Part shown: piece after piece, positions 18,453 through 27,734 of the stretch | Numbering within the stretch: position 1 is the stretch's first letter | How the letters are laid out: each line of letters starts with the position of its first letter | NCBI GenBank assembly: GCA_949299565.1 | Contig: OX437086.1 | Span: 949,644-1,013,643 of the forward strand | Length of the DNA stretch: 64,000 nucleotides | Origin: an uncultured Bacillota bacterium | Lineage (GTDB): Bacteria > Bacillota_I > Bacilli_A > RFN20 > CAG-826 | Reading direction: 5' to 3' | Program-made: the position numbers and the translations under genes | Notes under the pieces: generated by a model | The model's database searches: none | What the model was told of the DNA's origin: nothing | What the model saw: the letters and a program-made list of their open reading frames with translations, nothing else

Positions 18453-20409
18453 ACTCTATACGCGCTTAAGAAAACGCGATTGGTGGTTTGTCGCGATTAT
18501 TGTTGTCCTAACAGTTTTACAAGTTTATTGCACGATGCTGATGGTCGATTACATCAGCGGCATGATTGAAGCCATTCAATATTTGAACTGCCATAACAGC
18601 GCTTATGAACTTTTCAATATGTTTGAAAGTGCAACAAGCGGAATCGAAGGAGGAGATGCTCTTCTTGCCGCACTTCAGTCCATCTTTGCGCCTTTCGTCG
18701 ATAGCAACGGGTCTATCGACTGGGTTTCATTGCAAAGCGATCCGGCTTATCTTGCCTTTATAAGCAACTTACCGATAGAAGTGCAAAACGTGATGAACAC
18801 AATCATGAATGCCGGTCCCGGCGATATATGGATTGAAGCCGGAATGATGGTGTTAGTGGCTGTCGGAATTGCTGGTTGCCAAATTGTGATTGAAATCTTA
18901 GCCTCCTACGTCACGGCAAATCTCGCTTCAAAGGTTCGGGCTGAACTAAATGAGAAAGTATCTTCTTTTTCGCTCGCCGAAATCAAAAAGTTCACGACTG
19001 CTTCTTTAATTACTAGAGCAACAAATGACGTTCAGCAGGTCAGTATGTGCACTCTCTTGGTGCTCCGTATGATCTTCGCAGCCCCAATCACGGCGATTTG
19101 GGCCATTTGCAAAATCCAATCAGCAAGCTGGGAATTAACCTTGGCGACCGCGATTACAATCATCTTGCTGGTCGCTGCTTTGACTCTCATCATGTGCTTT
19201 GTTTTGCCGGTTTTCAAAACGATGCAAAAGCGCATTGACCGCATCAACTCCTTAACGCAAGAGAACTTGACTGGTCTCCGCGTTGTGCGGGCTTATAACG
19301 CCGAAGGATATCAGAAAAAGAAATTTGCTAAAGCCAATGAAGAACTTACAAAGAGTCAACTCTTTACTGGCCGTTTATTGGCTTTGATGTCTCCTGTCAT
19401 GATGATTTTGATGAATGGTTTGACCTTGGCCATCTACTGGATCGGTGCCTATTTAATTCAAGGAGGCTCTACTACTTTAAATTATGCGAGCGTCTCCGCC
19501 TTCTCGCAGTTGGCCACGCAAATCGTCATGTCGTTTATGATGCTTTTGATGATGTTTATCATGTGGCCGCGTGCCAGCGTCTCAGCCAGGCGAATCAACG
19601 AGGTCATCGAATGTCCTCTTTCAATAAATGATCCGGCAAATCCGAAAGACGTTCTTGAAAGCGGAACAGTCGAGTTCCGTGACGTTTCTTTCCGTTATCC
19701 CGATGCTGAAGAAGACGTTTTGGAGCATGTTTCCTTCAAGGCCAAAAAAGGCGATACCATCGCCTTCATCGGTTCAACTGGTTCTGGAAAATCCTCACTC
19801 GTGAACTTGGTAGCCCGCCTTTATGACGTGACGGATGGCGAAGTTCTCGTCGATGGCGTCAATGTCAAAGAATTGAAGCAAGAGACTCTTCGTTCACATA
19901 TCGGCTTTGTCCCACAGCAAGGCGTTCTTTTCTCCGGAACGGTAAGGAGCAACATCTCTTTGGGTCTCGAAGGCGAAATTGACGATGATGAATGCAAAAG
20001 GGCATTAGAAGTTGCCTGTGCTGATTCTTTTGTCAAAGACATGGAAGGCGGATATGATGCCTCAATTGCGCAAGGCGGAACCAACGTCTCAGGCGGACAA
20101 AGGCAGAGGCTCTGCATCGCCCGCGCTGTCGCTTTAAAACCAGAGATTTTCGTTTTTGACGATTCGTTCTCTGCTTTAGATTTCAAAACCGATCGAGCCG
20201 TTCGTGAAAATCTAGCAAAAGACGAAAAAGACGCCACTAAGCTAATTGTCGCTCAACGGATTGGAACAATCATGGATGCCGACTTGATTTTAGTTCTTCA
20301 AGAAGGAAAGGTTGTCGGTCAAGGGACACATAAAGAGCTTTTGAAGAACTGCAGTGTCTATCGTGACATTGCTCTCAGCCAGATGTCAAAGGAGGAACTT
20401 GGTTTATGA
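18445..20409 (+). CDS. Heterodimeric ABC exporter subunit A (TMD+NBD, degenerate Walker B/switch)
   Basis: GSTGSGKS, VSGGQ, VFDD and AQR motifs. Confidence 0.92.
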   Translation: MFKLYTRLRKRDWWFVAIIVVLTVLQVYCTMLMVDYISGMIEAIQYLNCHNSAYELFNMFESATSGIEGGDALLAALQSIFAPFVDSNGSIDWVSLQSDPAYLAFISNLPIEVQNVMNTIMNAGPGDIWIEAGMMVLVAVGIAGCQIVIEILASYVTANLASKVRAELNEKVSSFSLAEIKKFTTASLITRATNDVQQVSMCTLLVLRMIFAAPITAIWAICKIQSASWELTLATAITIILLVAALTLIMCFVLPVFKTMQKRIDRINSLTQENLTGLRVVRAYNAEGYQKKKFAKANEELTKSQLFTGRLLALMSPVMMILMNGLTLAIYWIGAYLIQGGSTTLNYASVSAFSQLATQIVMSFMMLLMMFIMWPRASVSARRINEVIECPLSINDPANPKDVLESGTVEFRDVSFRYPDAEEDVLEHVSFKAKKGDTIAFIGSTGSGKSSLVNLVARLYDVTDGEVLVDGVNVKELKQETLRSHIGFVPQQGVLFSGTVRSNISLGLEGEIDDDECKRALEVACADSFVKDMEGGYDASIAQGGTNVSGGQRQRLCIARAVALKPEIFVFDDSFSALDFKTDRAVRENLAKDEKDATKLIVAQRIGTIMDADLILVLQEGKVVGQGTHKELLKNCSVYRDIALSQMSKEELGL

Positions 20410-22196
20410 GTAAAAAACGCAATGCGAAAAATACTACATCATCCTCGCTTCTAAAATTAGGAAAGGATGCTGGAAAGCGTTTGATTCCAATCGGAATCGC
20501 TGCTCTTTTGTTGATATTCTCCGTTGTTCTTCAGATTTTGGCTCCGAGTTATTTATCGGATTTCACAAATGAAATTGCGAACAACTATTTAATTCAAACA
20601 ATTGATATGGCTAATCTTTTGCGGATTGGCATCACACTCATTATCTTTTACCTTTTAGTTGCGCTCAGCGGCTATCTCGCTAACTATATTTTGACGACCG
20701 TCACTCAACGTTATGCTCAAAAATTAAGAGATGACATCGCCGAAAAAATCAACCGTGTTCCGCTAGCCTATTTTGATTCGCATTCTCATGGCGATCTTTT
20801 ATCGACTTTGACAAACGATGTTGATCAAATCGGACAATCGCTTCAGCAAAGCGTCGGCATGGTGGTTCAATCAGTTTTCATGCTGATTGGTGCCTTAATC
20901 GCGATGTTTGTCACTTCTTGGCAAATGGCCCTGGCGGCAATGGCGAGTCTGCCGTTTATGATCATCTTCGTCCTAATCGTTCTTAAGTTAGCCAACCCGC
21001 AATTCAAAAGACGACAAGACGCGATCGCGGCTGTCAACTCTGTCGTGGAAGAAGTTTATTCCGGACATCTTGTCATCAAATGTTTCAATGCTCGAAAAAA
21101 GACAAACGATTCCTTTAATAAGGAGAACAACAAACTGAAAAACGCGATGTTTTCCGCTCAATGTTTCGGTGGTCTCTTCCAACCGCTTATGAACTTCATT
21201 TCTTACTTCGCTTATGCGGCGGTCTTTCTCGTCGGCGGATTGCTCATGAATGCCGATGCTGGCATCACTTTTGGAACTATCACCGCTTTCACGGTTTATG
21301 TATCCTTATTCCAGTCTCCTCTCAGTCAAATCGCTCAAGCGATGAATACCTTGCAGATGGCCTCTGCTTCTTCTCATCGCGTTTTCTCCTTCCTTGAAGA
21401 AAAAGAACTCGCCAACGAAGATGATAAGAAAGAACATTTCCCACTTATAAATGGCAAAAAGGCTGTTAAAGGTGAAGTCAATTTCAACCACGTTTCCTTT
21501 GGATATGATGAACACCGCACAATCATTCATGATTTCTCAGCCAGCATTAAGCCGGGAATGAAAGTGGCAATCGTCGGACCAACCGGCGCTGGCAAAACAA
21601 CGCTTGTCAATCTCTTGATGCGTTTCTATGAATTAAATTCTGGCTCGATTACGATTGATGGCGTTCCGATTTCAGAGATGAAGCGCGAAGAAGTTCATGA
21701 TATCTTCGGCATGGTTTTGCAAGACACTTGGTTATTCCAAGGAAGCGTTCGTGAAAATCTTGTTTATAACACCGAAAACGTCAGCGATGAAAAAATCAAG
21801 GAAGCCTTAAAAGAAGGATCCTTGTCGCATTATGTTCGGACATTGCCAGGCGGACTCGATTACCAAATCGAGGACACTTCTTCAATTGCCGGCGGGCAAA
21901 AACAACTTATGACAATCGTCCGTGCTTCTTTAAAAGATGCTCCGCTTTTGATTCTTGACGAAGCGACTTCCAACGTCGATACACGGACAGAAGAGAAAAT
22001 CCAAGAAGCGATGGATCGCTTGATGAAAGGAAGGACTTCGTTTGTTATCGCTCACCGCTTATCAACAATTCGCAATTCCGATCTGATACTTGTTATGCGC
22101 GATGGTGAGATTGTAGAGCAAGGAACGCATGATGCCCTTATGGCGCAAAACGGTTTCTATAGTTCGCTTTATAACTCGCAGTTTGCATTGGAATAA
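20406..22196 (+). CDS. Heterodimeric ABC exporter subunit B
   Basis: GPTGAGKT, degenerate signature IAGGQ, ILDEATS and AHRL motifs. Confidence 0.92.
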   Translation: MSKKRNAKNTTSSSLLKLGKDAGKRLIPIGIAALLLIFSVVLQILAPSYLSDFTNEIANNYLIQTIDMANLLRIGITLIIFYLLVALSGYLANYILTTVTQRYAQKLRDDIAEKINRVPLAYFDSHSHGDLLSTLTNDVDQIGQSLQQSVGMVVQSVFMLIGALIAMFVTSWQMALAAMASLPFMIIFVLIVLKLANPQFKRRQDAIAAVNSVVEEVYSGHLVIKCFNARKKTNDSFNKENNKLKNAMFSAQCFGGLFQPLMNFISYFAYAAVFLVGGLLMNADAGITFGTITAFTVYVSLFQSPLSQIAQAMNTLQMASASSHRVFSFLEEKELANEDDKKEHFPLINGKKAVKGEVNFNHVSFGYDEHRTIIHDFSASIKPGMKVAIVGPTGAGKTTLVNLLMRFYELNSGSITIDGVPISEMKREEVHDIFGMVLQDTWLFQGSVRENLVYNTENVSDEKIKEALKEGSLSHYVRTLPGGLDYQIEDTSSIAGGQKQLMTIVRASLKDAPLLILDEATSNVDTRTEEKIQEAMDRLMKGRTSFVIAHRLSTIRNSDLILVMRDGEIVEQGTHDALMAQNGFYSSLYNSQFALE

Positions 22197-22210
22197 GGAG
22201 TTCTAAAAGG

Positions 22211-22245
22211 AAAAGCCACGCATACCGCTGCGCGGCTTTTATTTT
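22211..22245 (+). terminator. Terminator of the ABC operon
   Basis: AAAAGCC-a-CGCA...TGCG-c-GGCTTTT followed by ATTTT. Confidence 0.65.
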
Positions 22246-22461
22246 GGCTGAGATATAGGAAAAATTTGTCTAAGTTAATAATCGAAATCAAAGCTCTACA
22301 AGAAACAAATATCTAGGTGTGTTTAATTCATGTGGACATCTTCTTTTTAAAGACATTAATGCATCTTAAGAAAAATAATAGTAAAAGACTATGAGCGCTC
22401 TTTGATAACGCCTAATAGCATTTAACACTCTTAAAAATAGCAACGTTAAAAAAATAAAAAA

Positions 22462-22479
22462 TGCCGATATGAATCGGCA
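22462..22479 (-). terminator. tRNA terminator, TGCCGAT/ATCGGCA stem (copy 2)
   Basis: Same stem as copy 1, 12 nt after the CCA of tRNA-Thr. Confidence 0.75.
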
Positions 22480-22491
22480 TTTAATTTTTAA

Positions 22492-22567
22492 TGGTGCCGT
22501 CTAACGGAATCGAACCGCCAACCTACTGATTACGATTCAGTTGCTCTACCAGTTGCGCTAAGACGGC
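22492..22567 (-). tRNA. tRNA-Thr(CGT)
   Basis: GCCGTCT...ACTGA-ATCGTAA-TCAGT...AGACGGC-ACCA; own promoter TTGAGT-17-TAAGAT (22605-22577). Confidence 0.88.
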
Positions 22568-22601
22568 GCGGAGCCAATCTTAACGCATGTTTTAAAATAA
22601 C

Positions 22602-25307
22602 TCAATGTTTCTTTGCGCTTTTGCGGTAGATCCACCTTCCGAAGACAGAAATTTCGTGAACTACCAAAGGCGAGAGAGCTAAGAGGAAGACCCAAAGATA
22701 ATCGATTGGGTGATCGTGAAGCGGGAAGACGGAGAAGAAAGTATTGAGCCCAGGAATTTCAATAACCGCGAAGGTTAAAGCTAAACCAACAAAGAAGGCT
22801 GTCCACAACATCGCGTTTTTGTCCTTGAAGACGCGGATAACAGAATGCCGATAATCGGTCATTCCAAGCATATGGAACAATTGAGAGAAGGCTAACACCG
22901 AGAAAGCCATTGATTGTGCTTCTTCTAAAGCGATTTGATCTAACTCGAAATAAGCGTTGATATCAGCAATCGAGAAACAACCAGCTGAGAATGGCTTAAT
23001 GAGGAAGGCAATAAGCGTTACTAAACCAATCAAAGCGCCATATGAGAAAACGAGAGTATATCCACCACGTGCAAATATTGATTCATTCGGATTACGCGGT
23101 TTATCATGCATGATATCGTCTGGCTTCTTATCAGAGCCAAGAGCAATCGCCGGAAGCGAATCGGTGACAAGGTTTACCCATAAAAGGTGCACTGCAATTA
23201 GAGGAGCCGGTAAACCAATCAAAGTGGCGACAAACATCGCTAAGACTTCACCAATGTTACAAGATAAAAGGAAGAAAATTGTCTTGCGAATATTGGCATA
23301 AATGCCGCGACCTTCTTCCACCGCTTTTTCAATTGAAGCGAAATTGTCGTCGGTTAAAACCATATCGGCCGCGCCTTTAGCAACATCAGTGCCAGTAATG
23401 CCCATCGCAATGCCGATATCGGCTGTTTTAAGAGACGGGGCGTCGTTAACGCCATCGCCAGTCATGGCCGCAATATGTCCGTTGGCTTTGATGGCACTGA
23501 CGATTTGAACTTTGTTTTCTGGGGAAACGCGGGCAAAAACACGAACAAATTCAACTTTTTTCTGTAGTTCTTCCGGCGTGCAAGCATCAATTTCATCGCC
23601 CGACATGCATTCCTCAGCTTTTGAAGCAATTCCGAGTTCTTTTGCAATCGCAAAGGCTGTATCTTTGTGGTCGCCAGTAATCATAATCGTTGTAATTCCA
23701 GCCTCTTTTAATGTTTGAACGGCTGGTTTAGCAGCTTCACGCGGCGGATCGACCATTCCGACCAATCCAACAAAAATTAAATCATCTTCGCTCATCTTTT
23801 CCGGTTTAGCTTTCGAATCCTTGAATGAAAGTGCTAAAACACGAAGAGCCCGGGCAGACATTTTTTGTGAAGCTTCTTCGATTTGCTCGCGATGTTCGCT
23901 TGTTAAAGGAACAATCTTTCCATCTAAATGAATACTTTTGCAACGTGCGATAACCTGATCGAGCGCACCTTTTGTGAATTGCCGATAGCCGTTTTCATTT
24001 TGGTGCAAGGTCGACATCATTTTCCGAACAGAATCAAAAGGCAATTCATCGACACGGGGCGACACTTCCTCTAAAGAGGATTTGCTCATCTTTAATTCAT
24101 CGGCAAAACGAACCAAGGCGACCTCTGTCGGATCACCATAAACGCCTTTTTCGATTGAAGCGTCGGAACACAAACACATTCCCTCCGCTAAGAGGATTTC
24201 GTTGTCGGCAAAATCTTTTTGTTCGTGGTAGGAGTTGTTCGCATAAGTAGCGACAACCGTCATCTTGTTTTGAGTCAAGGTGCCGGTTTTATCAGAGCAA
24301 ACAACCGAGACTGCGCCGAGAGTTTCAACAGACGCCAAACGCCTAACGATTGTATTGACCTTCGTCATTTTGCGAACGCCAAGAGCAAGAACGATTGTTA
24401 CAACAGCTAAAAGTCCTTCAGGAATCGCGGCTACTGCCAAAGAAACAGCACTCAAAAGCGATGTTGACCACCCGCTAGCAATCGTACCATTCACGCCATC
24501 ATAAATAAGCGAAACGATAAACATCAAAATGACAATACCGACCGTCAAAATACCTAAGAACTTTGAAAGTTGGGCAAGCTTTTTCTGAAGAGGCGTTTGT
24601 TCGTTACCGCCATTCTCAAGCATCGTGGCAATCCGACCGATTTCAGTTTTCATGCCGGTAGCAATGACAACGCCTTCGCCGCGTCCGTAAACCACTGGTG
24701 TTGACATATAACATTCATTGACGCGGTCTCCAACACCGGATTCCTCACTCAAGACAAAGGATGCATCCTTTTCAACCGGAAGCGATTCGCCAGTCAACGA
24801 TGATTCATCAGTCTTTAATGAATGCGATTTCAAAAGTCGCAAATCAGCGGGAATACTCCGTCCTTCTTCCAAAATGACAATGTCGCCAGGCACAAGTTCT
24901 TCAGCTTTAATCTCGATAAGATTACCGTCACGCCTGACAGTCGCCGTCGGCGATGATAACTTCTTTAAAGCTTCTAACGCCTTCTCAGCGCGCGCCTCTT
25001 GAACAGTGCCAATGATCGCATTAATGAGAACAACGGCGAAAATAATGACGACATCGATATACGATTCACTATCTTGATTGATGATTCCAATGATTAACGA
25101 AATAAGAGCAGCGGCAAAAAGAACAAAAACCATCGGATCCTTGAATTGACCGAGGAAAGTGAAAAAGATTGATTTCTTTTTCTCCTCCTGCAGTTTATTA
25201 GGACCATAAGTTGCTTGACGCTTCTTGACTTCAGCGGAAGTTAGACCGGTTTCTTGATTGCTGTCTAATTCTTGGAGCGTCTCGGAGATGTTTTTATTTT
25301 CGAACAT
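22602..25307 (-). CDS. P2-type Ca2+/Mn2+-transporting ATPase (YoaB-like)
   Basis: TGES, PEGL, DKTGTLT and TGDGVND motifs; real start MFENK (25307) with SD GAGGTG. Confidence 0.93.
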   Translation of the reverse strand: MFENKNISETLQELDSNQETGLTSAEVKKRQATYGPNKLQEEKKKSIFFTFLGQFKDPMVFVLFAAALISLIIGIINQDSESYIDVVIIFAVVLINAIIGTVQEARAEKALEALKKLSSPTATVRRDGNLIEIKAEELVPGDIVILEEGRSIPADLRLLKSHSLKTDESSLTGESLPVEKDASFVLSEESGVGDRVNECYMSTPVVYGRGEGVVIATGMKTEIGRIATMLENGGNEQTPLQKKLAQLSKFLGILTVGIVILMFIVSLIYDGVNGTIASGWSTSLLSAVSLAVAAIPEGLLAVVTIVLALGVRKMTKVNTIVRRLASVETLGAVSVVCSDKTGTLTQNKMTVVATYANNSYHEQKDFADNEILLAEGMCLCSDASIEKGVYGDPTEVALVRFADELKMSKSSLEEVSPRVDELPFDSVRKMMSTLHQNENGYRQFTKGALDQVIARCKSIHLDGKIVPLTSEHREQIEEASQKMSARALRVLALSFKDSKAKPEKMSEDDLIFVGLVGMVDPPREAAKPAVQTLKEAGITTIMITGDHKDTAFAIAKELGIASKAEECMSGDEIDACTPEELQKKVEFVRVFARVSPENKVQIVSAIKANGHIAAMTGDGVNDAPSLKTADIGIAMGITGTDVAKGAADMVLTDDNFASIEKAVEEGRGIYANIRKTIFFLLSCNIGEVLAMFVATLIGLPAPLIAVHLLWVNLVTDSLPAIALGSDKKPDDIMHDKPRNPNESIFARGGYTLVFSYGALIGLVTLIAFLIKPFSAGCFSIADINAYFELDQIALEEAQSMAFSVLAFSQLFHMLGMTDYRHSVIRVFKDKNAMLWTAFFVGLALTFAVIEIPGLNTFFSVFPLHDHPIDYLWVFLLALSPLVVHEISVFGRWIYRKSAKKH

Positions 25308-25317
25308 ACAGCACCTC

Positions 25318-25417
25318 GTGCTACCGCGAGAAATCTCACCATCCGAAGGATCTGTCACCGGCTAGTTCCGAACTAGCGGCTTGACGATGACAAAAGCAGG
25401 TTACTCCTTTCCCGCAC
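25318..25417 (-). ncRNA. yybP-ykoY Mn2+ riboswitch
   Basis: GCGGGAAAGGAGTAAC...TGTCATCGTCAAG...CCGGTGACA...TGGTGAGATTTCTCGC matches the yybP-ykoY core. It lies in the 5' UTR of a P-type ATPase, downstream of TATAAT (25432-25427). Confidence 0.85.
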
Positions 25418-25463
25418 AACAAAAGTATTATATGGAAAATATAATTTCAGTTAAAGGGCGATT

Positions 25464-26114
25464 TTAGTCACGATTGAGACGGAGATAAGTGAAGAAAACA
25501 GAGAGAGCTAGGCAAACATCGACCAACGGGCTAAAAAGAGCCATCATCGATAAAACATCGAAGCCGACTACAGAAAAATAAACTGACCATGAAGCGATTT
25601 CAAAAACTGAACTCAAAGAAATCAAGATAAGAAAAATAATCGCGACATTTCGCAAAGAACGATAACGATAATCGCGTCCACTGATGAAATTCCTCGTGCG
25701 GATGTAAAGATAGATTCCTAGCGCAGCTGCCAGAACTAAAAGCAACAAGTGGACGATATAAAGCCACGAATACGTCGTATTCGAACCATAGGGGAAAATG
25801 TCGATGATAAATGTAGCAATAACATCCCACACCATCATGAAAATAAAGGCCAGCACACCAGAATAAGCTAGATATGAATTGCGGATATTTCCGGCATAAA
25901 GAAAATAAAGGACAAAGATAATAACGCCAAAATTCCAAATAGAACTAAAAAGGTTAAGCCCGTTATAGCCAAAATTGACAATGGCATATAAATCGCTGGC
26001 AAAAACACCACATTCAAAAATAAAGCCTAATGAGGCAAAAAGAATCGCTAGATATTTTTTCCAATTATATTTCCAACTGCGGAAGAACCATTTAAGACGC
26101 GATAAGAATTTCAT
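25464..26114 (-). CDS. Hypothetical multi-pass membrane protein
   Basis: About 6 TM segments; TATAAT 6 nt before the ATG. Confidence 0.7.
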   Translation of the reverse strand: MKFLSRLKWFFRSWKYNWKKYLAILFASLGFIFECGVFASDLYAIVNFGYNGLNLFSSIWNFGVIIFVLYFLYAGNIRNSYLAYSGVLAFIFMMVWDVIATFIIDIFPYGSNTTYSWLYIVHLLLLVLAAALGIYLYIRTRNFISGRDYRYRSLRNVAIIFLILISLSSVFEIASWSVYFSVVGFDVLSMMALFSPLVDVCLALSVFFTYLRLNRD

Positions 26115-26171
26115 GTACCAATTATAGTCCTAGAGAGGAAAAAGCCATATAATCATTTGATAAAGAGATCA

Positions 26172-27734
26172 ATGCTTATGGAAAGAAAAACAGCAATCAT
26201 CGTCGGCGCCGGTCCAGCAGGGCTCACTGCCGCTTATCAAATTCTTAAAACAGCGCCAAACATTCACCCTATAATCCTCGAGGAAAGTGCTGAAATCGGT
26301 GGAATTTCTCGCACCCATCTTTATAAAGGAAACCGGATGGACATCGGCGGTCATCGTTTTTTTACAAAAAACCATGAAGTTCAAGAACTTTGGCATGAGA
26401 TTTTAAAAGTTCAAGGGGCGCCATCATCTGATGATTTGTTATTGAAACGTGACGTTCCTCTTGCGACGGGTGGCCCCGATCCTGAAAAAGAAGATGAAGT
26501 AATGCTTTCTCGTCATCGCATTTCGCGGATTCTTTATCTTCACAAATTCTTTGACTACCCAATTTCTTTAAAATGGCAAACATTCAAAAACATGGGCTTC
26601 TCACGCACGATGAAGGCTGGTTTTGGATATTTAGGAAGCGCTGTCCATAAACGCAAAGAACTATCGCTTGCCGATTTTTACATCAATCGCTTTGGTAAAC
26701 CGCTGTATCGGATGTTCTTTGAAGATTACACGAAGAAAGTGTGGGGTCGCGATCCGAAAGAAATTTCACCAGACTGGGGCGCGCAACGCGTCAAAGGGCT
26801 TTCGCTTTGGAAGGCTATCAGTAACGTCATAACAAAACCATTCCATAAGAAAAACGTCGAAACATCTCTCATTGAGCGTTTTGAATATCCAAAATATGGG
26901 CCAGGTTTTTTATATGAAACGATGGCGAAGAGAATTGAGGAGATGGGCGGGGAAATTCTCTTCAATCACCGCGTTAAAAAGGTAAATTTATCGGATAATC
27001 AAGTCACTTCTTTACTTGTGGAAACGCCCGCTGGCGATAAAGAAATAAGCGGTTCTTGCTTCTTCTCTTCAATGCCGCTTAAAGATTTATATTTGGCTAT
27101 TGGAAATGAACTAGTTCCAAATGACGTTTTTGAAATTGCGACGCATTTAGTTTACCGCGATTTCATAACCGTTGGCGTCCTCGCTAAAAAACTTCTTTTG
27201 AAGAACACAACTAAAGAAAAAACAATTAATGATTTAGTGCCTGACACTTGGATTTATATTCAAGAAAGAGAAGTAAAAATCGGTCGTCTGCAAATCTTCA
27301 ACAACTGGTCGCCGTACTTAGTGAAGGATCCTCTTAATAGCGTTTGGATCGGCCTTGAATACTTCGCGAATGAAGGCGATGAACTATGGGAGATGCCTGA
27401 AGAAGAATTTAAAAACTTTGCCATCAACGAATTGTCAAGCATCGGCGTCATTGATCCGAATGACGTTATTGACGCGACCGAACTAAAAGTCAAGAAAGCC
27501 TACCCTGCATATTTTGATACCTACAAGGATATCGCCAAAGTGCGAGAACATCTTTTGACGATTAATAACCTCTATTGCATCGGGCGCAACGGACAGCATC
27601 GTTATAACAACATGGATCATTCAATGCTCACAGCCATTCAAGCCGTGCGTTCGCTCCTTGATCCTTCGAAATATCCGCCGGAACTTATATGGGAAGTGAA
27701 CACTGAGCAAGACTACGCTGAGGAGAAAAAATGA
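26172..27734 (+). CDS. FAD-dependent oxidoreductase (HemY/UDP-galactopyranose-mutase-like fold)
   Basis: GAGPAGL, DIGGHRFF and GRNGQHRYNNMDHSM motifs. Confidence 0.85.
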   Translation: MLMERKTAIIVGAGPAGLTAAYQILKTAPNIHPIILEESAEIGGISRTHLYKGNRMDIGGHRFFTKNHEVQELWHEILKVQGAPSSDDLLLKRDVPLATGGPDPEKEDEVMLSRHRISRILYLHKFFDYPISLKWQTFKNMGFSRTMKAGFGYLGSAVHKRKELSLADFYINRFGKPLYRMFFEDYTKKVWGRDPKEISPDWGAQRVKGLSLWKAISNVITKPFHKKNVETSLIERFEYPKYGPGFLYETMAKRIEEMGGEILFNHRVKKVNLSDNQVTSLLVETPAGDKEISGSCFFSSMPLKDLYLAIGNELVPNDVFEIATHLVYRDFITVGVLAKKLLLKNTTKEKTINDLVPDTWIYIQEREVKIGRLQIFNNWSPYLVKDPLNSVWIGLEYFANEGDELWEMPEEEFKNFAINELSSIGVIDPNDVIDATELKVKKAYPAYFDTYKDIAKVREHLLTINNLYCIGRNGQHRYNNMDHSMLTAIQAVRSLLDPSKYPPELIWEVNTEQDYAEEKK

